DNA of 64,000 nt from a virus, in the IMG/VR virus record IMGVR_UViG_3300033143_003083, positions 1 to 64,000 of that record. One strand, 5' to 3'. Below are positions 58,206 through 64,000 of this stretch, one piece after another (the first letter of the stretch is position 1; each line of letters opens with the position of its first letter). The position numbers and the translations under genes are program-made. Under the pieces are notes generated by a model. The model saw only the letters and a list, made by a program, of their open reading frames with translations. It did no database searches and was not told where the DNA came from.

Positions 58206-59087
58206 CTAATATTTTAGTAAAGATGAAGTTAATGCATTCTGTCTGGACTTCCGGTCATAACCGATAGGAGTCAAAAATATATTAACTTTCTTCAACACGG
58301 TGTTCCATTGTGATTTCCAATCAACTTCAAGTTGGTCTATGAAGTCGGGTAACACTTCTGCATCAACAGGAACAGCAATATACTTAAACGTTGGATGGTT
58401 AAGGTACACAATACGCACCTTGTCACCAGACATAATTTTAGTATCACTTGAACCACACAAAGAGTTATAATTCATAGACGCTCTTACGTGGTAGGGGAAT
58501 CCTTTCATATTCTTGGCACTTTCGTACTTCACTTCATACTTCTTCAAACTCTTAACTGCTTTTGGATTTCCAATATCAAGGAAAGACATATCATGATATT
58601 CTTCTTCAAAGGTGTCAACAAATATTTTCACTTCTTCGTAACTTTTTTTATCCATTAACAATTCAACAAGATCCGTCAACATACTTTGTATAATTTTAGG
58701 TGTGTCTGATTTCTTAATGGCAACACCCATGATCTTCAGCTTATCAACTTCAACACCTTCCATGTCAACCAGATGCATCACATACATCTTCTTACCAAGG
58801 AAGTATGCTTTGTCTGCTACTGCTTCTCTGTCTGTTTGTATCACACGTGAACGATTCCAATCAGAGTTAAACACGTCCTTCATGAATTGGGGGAATGCAT
58901 CATTTGCTTCCTTACCAATCATATCAGCAAACTCAATAACTTCTTTCTTGTCTGCATCTTTATCAAACTTACACGATAGATCTATGTAAGCTGAATCGGT
59001 ATCACCTGCTATGATGTGTTTAGGGTGGTATTTGATATACTCATTGATAACCCCCGTAAACACAAATGTATTAAAATTCTTACTCAT
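58206..59087 (-). CDS. Family B DNA polymerase, C-terminal subunit (motif C, thumb)
   Basis: GDTDS, KK.Y, K.MG..KKSDTP, HVRA. Confidence 0.9.
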   Translation of the reverse strand: MSKNFNTFVFTGVINEYIKYHPKHIIAGDTDSAYIDLSCKFDKDADKKEVIEFADMIGKEANDAFPQFMKDVFNSDWNRSRVIQTDREAVADKAYFLGKKMYVMHLVDMEGVEVDKLKIMGVAIKKSDTPKIIQSMLTDLVELLMDKKSYEEVKIFVDTFEEEYHDMSFLDIGNPKAVKSLKKYEVKYESAKNMKGFPYHVRASMNYNSLCGSSDTKIMSGDKVRIVYLNHPTFKYIAVPVDAEVLPDFIDQLEVDWKSQWNTVLKKVNIFLTPIGYDRKSRQNALTSSLLKY

Positions 59088-59271
59088 TCTTATCCACTAT
59101 TAATTGTATTTCTTCTGCTAACGTATCAGCATGATTCACTAAGTCTATCATATCAGAATTACTTTCAGTCAGATCAAGATTTCGATGCATCTTAATAAAC
59201 ACTCTGCGTAAATTTTTGATATGAGCACTTATCGTAATTTTACTCAATCTATAATTCCTTATAACTATCAA
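59080..59271 (-). CDS. Small hypothetical protein between polymerase halves
   Basis: 63-aa ORF; start uncertain. Confidence 0.4.
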   Translation of the reverse strand: MIVIRNYRLSKITISAHIKNLRRVFIKMHRNLDLTESNSDMIDLVNHADTLAEEIQLIVDKNE

Positions 59272-59473
59272 TCATAGTTATTATGTCATGACCTGCTTCG
59301 GTCAACTCATACAGTCCATCATTGAATACCACTAACCCATCTTCCATCAGTACCATCATGTATTCCAGATCAGATGATGCCAACATAAAATCACCAAAAT
59401 ATAATTTAGAATGTGGTTGTGTCATTGCTTTATGACATTTGTACAACCACACATGTGAGTTGTTAAAAATCAT
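59249..59473 (-). CDS. Winged-helix-like small protein between polymerase halves
   Basis: DGLV...YELTEAG...YKEL; ATGA-coupled to polymerase stop. Confidence 0.65.
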   Translation of the reverse strand: MIFNNSHVWLYKCHKAMTQPHSKLYFGDFMLASSDLEYMMVLMEDGLVVFNDGLYELTEAGHDIITMIDSYKEL

Positions 59474-61185
59474 GCTGCTTCCACTATCTGATCTGCTTTC
59501 CACATCTGGAACTTTTCAATCTGTTGTCCTGTGTGAGTTACACTTGATGCTAATGATATTGAATAGAACCTACTGTATTGATTACTGATTGCTCCGTACA
59601 GACTGTTCAGGTAAAGTTTCCTGATGTTCTGCATCATATCATAGTAATCACCTTCAGCTTTGTTACCTGCCTTATAGAACTTTTTAGATTTAGCTTTAAG
59701 TGCTTTACGTTCATCAAACCATAATCCGAGTACTTCAGGTATGATACCCAGTTCTTGATTGAAAATACTTCCGTATGCAGATATTGTATAATTCATATCT
59801 CGTAACATTTCGAATACTTCAAATCCTTTCATGGTGATCACTTCACCAGTTGATACGAATACCAAATCTATATCATCAGTACTTTGTTCAACCACCTTAA
59901 CAAAATCATGTTCATTACCATCACACTGAAACATATGTGTCTCTGGTGAAATGTTAATTGCTCTGATGACTGATGGGTACAATGCAGTTAAATCAATGCT
60001 GCTACACCACCCGTATGCTGATGCTGTTGTATCAAGTACATAACCACCTTCAAATTCTTCTTTGGTGTTGTCACCCTTATCAGGCATTATCAATTTATCT
60101 TCTCTGTCGAAATGACAGTAGTTGATAATGGTGTGTTCCAGATTCTTAATTGAACCAAACACATCAGTAAATTTGGTTGTTGCACGTGCCGTTACAGTCA
60201 CACACAATTCCATAAAATGCAACTTGTCATCTAACATCTTAAGCAGACGTGAATCATGCAAACTGTATTCAAAGAATGTCTTAGGATCTGAACGATAGAG
60301 ATCACCTAAGTCACCTCTGTATGCAAGTTTCTTAGATTTCAATTCATATTCTGCTATGGCATCCAATGCATACGATTCTCTTTCACCAAATGTAAACTTC
60401 TTATAGAGTTGCATGTAATCAACATGGGAACGTCCCACAAGAGTGTAGTGTACATATTTGTTACCGAAGTCATCCAGCTTCTCATAAAATCTGACAGAGT
60501 GACCATTACGACACATCTTTCTCAGACCTTCTGTCTCACCATAAATTTTGATACACCTTTCATAGATGTAACCAACATCGTACTTGTCACCGTTCCATGC
60601 TGAAAGTATATCTATGTCCTTTATCAACTTCAGGAATGTGTCTATGACCTGACGTTCGGTTACACAGTGATGTACGGTTAAGTTCTCACCTTCTTCACAA
60701 TCAATTTCAACTGAGTCATGAAGTACAACCATATGAAATTCATCTTTGTATCTGTCGTAAAGTGATACTGAATTGATTTCACCATAAGGATTCTCAGGTG
60801 TTGGATATCCGATACCATCAGATAAATCATAATCAACTTCAATATCGTACAACCCAACGTTAACAGTAAGGTCATCGTCCTGATAGAAATTGTTAGATAG
60901 GTATTTGTAAACGGGACTGATATCAGATTCAAATATATTCTTATGTGACTTTGTGTAGTTATTAAATTTCAACCTGTTGTCAAATTCTTGTTTGGATAAA
61001 CTGTCACCAAATAGTGACGTATGTGTACAGTTGTTCTCATTACGTCTGTAGCAATAATACGGTGCATTTTCTTCGATGTAATGTAACTCATTACTACCGT
61101 CACGATACCAACACCGGATCATGTTATTACGTTCTATTGCATCTATATAAATCTTAATTCTCCTTTTGATTATAATTATAGGCAT
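59470..61185 (-). CDS. Family B DNA polymerase, N-terminal subunit (exonuclease, motifs A and B); start may be ATT 61152
   Basis: YDIE, WNG..YD, Y.LD, DLTALYPS, K..LNSLYG. Confidence 0.92.
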   Translation of the reverse strand: MPIIIIKRRIKIYIDAIERNNMIRCWYRDGSNELHYIEENAPYYCYRRNENNCTHTSLFGDSLSKQEFDNRLKFNNYTKSHKNIFESDISPVYKYLSNNFYQDDDLTVNVGLYDIEVDYDLSDGIGYPTPENPYGEINSVSLYDRYKDEFHMVVLHDSVEIDCEEGENLTVHHCVTERQVIDTFLKLIKDIDILSAWNGDKYDVGYIYERCIKIYGETEGLRKMCRNGHSVRFYEKLDDFGNKYVHYTLVGRSHVDYMQLYKKFTFGERESYALDAIAEYELKSKKLAYRGDLGDLYRSDPKTFFEYSLHDSRLLKMLDDKLHFMELCVTVTARATTKFTDVFGSIKNLEHTIINYCHFDREDKLIMPDKGDNTKEEFEGGYVLDTTASAYGWCSSIDLTALYPSVIRAINISPETHMFQCDGNEHDFVKVVEQSTDDIDLVFVSTGEVITMKGFEVFEMLRDMNYTISAYGSIFNQELGIIPEVLGLWFDERKALKAKSKKFYKAGNKAEGDYYDMMQNIRKLYLNSLYGAISNQYSRFYSISLASSVTHTGQQIEKFQMWKADQIVEAA

Positions 61186-61265
61186 ACCATAGTGATATGC
61201 CTATAATCTTGGTCATTGACTCATATATGAGTCATAACACGGCGTTATGCACCGTATATGAGTCA
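61175..61265. promoter_or_regulatory. Hairpin/palindrome cluster upstream of polymerase
   Basis: 12-bp IR 61175-61186/61196-61207; 18-bp palindrome 61217-61234; extra half-site 61255-61265. Confidence 0.7.
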
Positions 61266-61274
61266 GTTCTTAAA

Positions 61275-61553
61275 CTATGCTTCTGGGTTGTGTGAGTATA
61301 TCCCAAGTTCTTCTGCAAGATCCAGTAACTCAGTAACATCAGCATTAACTTTATCAGCATTGTTCTTGTATGCCAGTTTAGATAACTTCTTAAAAGTTAC
61401 AGGCATCATTTCAAGTTGTGCTTTTACGTTTTCGCAAATGGTTTTTTGAAGGTCGTGTTCTGCTTGCACACGGTAATGGGAGTTAACCATTTCCTGTACG
61501 TTTTCTTTTAACTTTTGTGTTTTCTCCGTTGGAGACATTGTTTCGCTTGACAT
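61275..61553 (-). CDS. dsDNA-binding protein, T4 DsbA/GapR-like
   Basis: Helical 92 aa; K.I...K......FKKL.KL.YK pattern. Confidence 0.55.
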   Translation of the reverse strand: MSSETMSPTEKTQKLKENVQEMVNSHYRVQAEHDLQKTICENVKAQLEMMPVTFKKLSKLAYKNNADKVNADVTELLDLAEELGIYSHNPEA

Positions 61554-61577
61554 GGTACTATTTCCTTTTTGTTGTTG

Positions 61578-61940
61578 TTATTTTGTTAACATTTTAGATG
61601 CATACATGTTGTTGATTGAATTCGTCATTCCTGCCCAATGCCATTCATCATTAACATACTGATCATATTCACCAGAATTCAATTCAATTTCAGTTTCAGT
61701 AGCAAGTTCAAGCATACCGATAATTCTGTCATAATCTTTGATGTTGTGTTGTGGCACTGACATATCAAGATTGGTAATGTACTTTTCACCACATGATGCT
61801 TTACGTAATGCATCTTCAAGTTTTTCACGCACTTCTGCATGATAACCAAGGATTGCTTCGTTATAAAGTTCTTCGTGTTTAGTTTTGTTTTCTTTTAATA
61901 TTTTGATAAGTTCATTCTTATCCACATTGATACTATGCAT
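61578..61940 (-). CDS. Conserved phage hypothetical protein
   Basis: L..N..KH...Y.EA..GY, P.....YD..I.ML, YV.D.W.W. Confidence 0.65.
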   Translation of the reverse strand: MHSINVDKNELIKILKENKTKHEELYNEAILGYHAEVREKLEDALRKASCGEKYITNLDMSVPQHNIKDYDRIIGMLELATETEIELNSGEYDQYVNDEWHWAGMTNSINNMYASKMLTK

Positions 61941-61959
61941 TTCGTTTCCCCTTTGTGTT

Positions 61960-62036
61960 TGGTTGCAGGGGGTGGATTTGAACCACCGACCTTCGGGTTA
62001 TGAACCCGACAAGCTACCTGACTGCTCCACCCTGCT
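61960..62036 (-). tRNA. Initiator tRNA-fMet(CAT)
   Basis: TCGGG-TTCATAA-CCCGA with three G-C pairs, 1:72 mismatch, TTCAAAT T loop, CCA. Confidence 0.95.
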
Positions 62037-62041
62037 ATTGT

Positions 62042-62338
62042 TTACCTACGCTTAACACGTTTCAACTTACGTCTTTGGCGTAACCTTGTTGAACGTTTGA
62101 AGTTCCTGCGTCTTGCTGATTTGCCTTTTCTGGCAGCTTTGCGACCTGCACGTTTTCTTCGTATCCGTTCTTTAGAACCTTGTTTCTTACATCTTGTTCC
62201 AGACAATGTGTAACCATGAGGGCATTTCCGCTTACGTACTACCTTACCCTTACGTACTCGCCTGACTCGTCTTGCTGTAACTTCAACGATAAGGTCAAGT
62301 TCTACCTGCTCTGATTCCAATATGTCTGTGAAACTCAT
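62042..62338 (-). CDS. Basic prohead core protein, T4 gp68-like
   Basis: MSFTDILE acidic N-terminus then very R/K-rich; TAAATA at 62363-62368, GGAG SD. Confidence 0.65.
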   Translation of the reverse strand: MSFTDILESEQVELDLIVEVTARRVRRVRKGKVVRKRKCPHGYTLSGTRCKKQGSKERIRRKRAGRKAARKGKSARRRNFKRSTRLRQRRKLKRVKRR

Positions 62339-62365
62339 GTAATAAATTCTCCGTGTTAGAAGTAT

Positions 62366-62623
62366 TTATCGCATTTGTCTTGCTAATGCTTCGAGTTCGA
62401 TCATCTTGTCATTCAGATAATGTGCTGCGAAGAATTTGAATCCATAATCTTCTATATTCTTGATTAAATGGATACCATCAGTCTCCAATTTCTTATCATT
62501 GTCAGATTGATGGTTGTGATTGTATCGGTGTTTTCTCAGTATTGAGTATTTAAGTCTGTTGAATTTTACTTCAATCCAATGGAGTTCAGTTGGATCGTAC
62601 TTCTTCTTATGCTGAAAAGACAT
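62366..62623 (-). CDS. Hypothetical protein
   Basis: 85-aa ORF. Confidence 0.55.
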   Translation of the reverse strand: MSFQHKKKYDPTELHWIEVKFNRLKYSILRKHRYNHNHQSDNDKKLETDGIHLIKNIEDYGFKFFAAHYLNDKMIELEALARQMR

Positions 62624-62655
62624 ATCGACTTTCCCCTTTTTTTATTATTATTATT

Positions 62656-62685
62656 AAAAAACCCCTCCCTCTATGGGGAGGGGGT
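62656..62685 (-). terminator. Rho-independent terminator
   Basis: CCCCTCCC-loop-GGGAGGGG followed by T6. Confidence 0.8.
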
Positions 62686-62713
62686 ACGCCTATACTACTT
62701 CGGTGTTACTTTA

Positions 62714-63955
62714 CTACTTTGTACCCATCTTCATATCTAACGACAAATCTTTTGCAGCTTTGATACTTAAAAGGTCAATCATATCTTGAGCACCATTCTG
62801 ACCTGATGATCCTTTAGCACCACCCATTTGGATTCGTGATACCCAATCGCCTTTGTAATCAGCTATAGCATCTGCGTACTTCGCATTAACTTGAACATAT
62901 GCTGCAAGTTTTTGCTTTAACGCGCCATCAGCTTGGAAGATTAAACGTTTCTTTTCAGCAAGACCCTGACCACGTGCAATATCACGTTTCTTGATTTCAA
63001 ACGCTGCAAGTTTCTTTTCTACTGCTTCAAGTTTAACTTGTTTGGCAACACTAACCTTTTGCTTTGCAGCAATGACTGCCACTTCCGCTTTACGTTGAGC
63101 AATAACCACTTGTTTAATCTTGACAACTTCTTCTTTGTACTGGGCTTTCTTCACATCAGCCTTACCTTGTTCTTCTGCGGTAATAGCATCTTGTTTAGCA
63201 CGTAATGCGTTTGCTTTAGATGTGATAACTGCCATCGTTGCTTCACGCTTCAATGAAATCTGCTTCAATGTTTTCTTTTCAAATGTCCAGTTAGTAATCT
63301 GTGCAGTTGAAATAGCCACACCGTAATCATCAAGTGGGTTCTTAGCATGAAGTGGCATACCCTTAACCACTTTGATTTTAGGCACATTCTTAGTCACTTT
63401 CTTACCAGTAGCAATGTCGATATCAGTTACTTTTTCCAGTACCGTTATGAAACGACCATTAGAAATTTGCGACTGAACCCATTCAATATACGTTGAACGT
63501 TTTTCTGCATATGCTGCTTCAGAAGTCATAAGACCAGCAGTAAGATTATGAGACTGTTTTACTAAAGGACGAATCAGACGATTTGCAAATCCAGCATTAG
63601 AACGGAATTCACGATGTAACGCCAGTTGTTGTTTAGGATCTAACGGTAAACGGAAACGATCTTTACCGAATACAGTACCAGTACCACCATCTTGATAACG
63701 AACTTTAACACCATTATCTGCGATTGTACCTTCTGCTTCACCACCGTCATAATCATATGTGATTACATCGTTGTACGTGGTAGTTTTGCCAAACCATTTC
63801 ATATACCAACCCGCATCAAACTTAACACGCATTGTACCATTTGGATATTGGATAACGGTACGATAACCTGCATCATTAATACCAAAACCACCCATGATAA
63901 CAATAACCACACCAATAATTAATGCACCTAATGTACCTGTTGTTTTATTTAACAT
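62714..63955 (-). CDS. SPFH/band-7 domain membrane protein
   Basis: N-terminal TM, G.R.V.Q, V.Y.DGG, A/K/E-rich coiled coil. Confidence 0.8.
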   Translation of the reverse strand: MLNKTTGTLGALIIGVVIVIMGGFGINDAGYRTVIQYPNGTMRVKFDAGWYMKWFGKTTTYNDVITYDYDGGEAEGTIADNGVKVRYQDGGTGTVFGKDRFRLPLDPKQQLALHREFRSNAGFANRLIRPLVKQSHNLTAGLMTSEAAYAEKRSTYIEWVQSQISNGRFITVLEKVTDIDIATGKKVTKNVPKIKVVKGMPLHAKNPLDDYGVAISTAQITNWTFEKKTLKQISLKREATMAVITSKANALRAKQDAITAEEQGKADVKKAQYKEEVVKIKQVVIAQRKAEVAVIAAKQKVSVAKQVKLEAVEKKLAAFEIKKRDIARGQGLAEKKRLIFQADGALKQKLAAYVQVNAKYADAIADYKGDWVSRIQMGGAKGSSGQNGAQDMIDLLSIKAAKDLSLDMKMGTK

Positions 63956-64000
63956 CTTTTACTTTCTCCTGTTTAGATTTAAGTTCTTTCTTACGTTCTT

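Noticed and set aside
59088-59469. Group I intron or intein in the polymerase
   Set aside because: The gap is filled by ordinary small ORFs; no homing-endonuclease motifs, intein termini or recognisable intron core.
1-64000. Stop-codon reassignment
   Set aside because: Long core genes are intact in code 11, and TAA, TAG and TGA all terminate genes at sensible positions.

Overview
AT-rich (~35% GC by eye) 64-kb segment of a large T4-superfamily (jumbo-type) myovirus genome using the standard genetic code. The left end (1-8.9 kb, minus strand) holds virion genes: gp14-like neck, gp15-like tail terminator, a tail-tube-fold protein, and a ~1150-aa repeat protein with a tube-fold C-terminus. The right half (35-64 kb, minus strand) holds replication and nucleotide genes: thyX, helicase, Dam, primase, a mini-DnaE, clamp loader small subunit, nrdAB, Pnk/phosphatase, RNA ligase, MoxR-AAA/vWA pair, SSB, clamp, a split family-B polymerase and an SPFH protein. 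There are also tRNA-Cys, tRNA-fMet and a tRNA-like RNA with a 56-nt anticodon-arm insert. The most striking structure is two apparent peptide 'address codes' that track strand and promoter class. (1) About 15 late genes (TAAATA promoters) encode unrelated enzyme domains but begin with M-K-L-x-x-L-F-E, resembling a capsid-targeting/prohead-protease signal; this suggests a virion-packaged effector payload. (2) About 50 small minus-strand ORFs from at least four unrelated paralog families end in hydrophobic (mostly F/Y/W)-x-x-Leu-COOH, regardless of Leu codon or stop codon, suggesting a shared C-terminal docking or degradation signal. Functional calls rest on motif recognition only; no searches were run.
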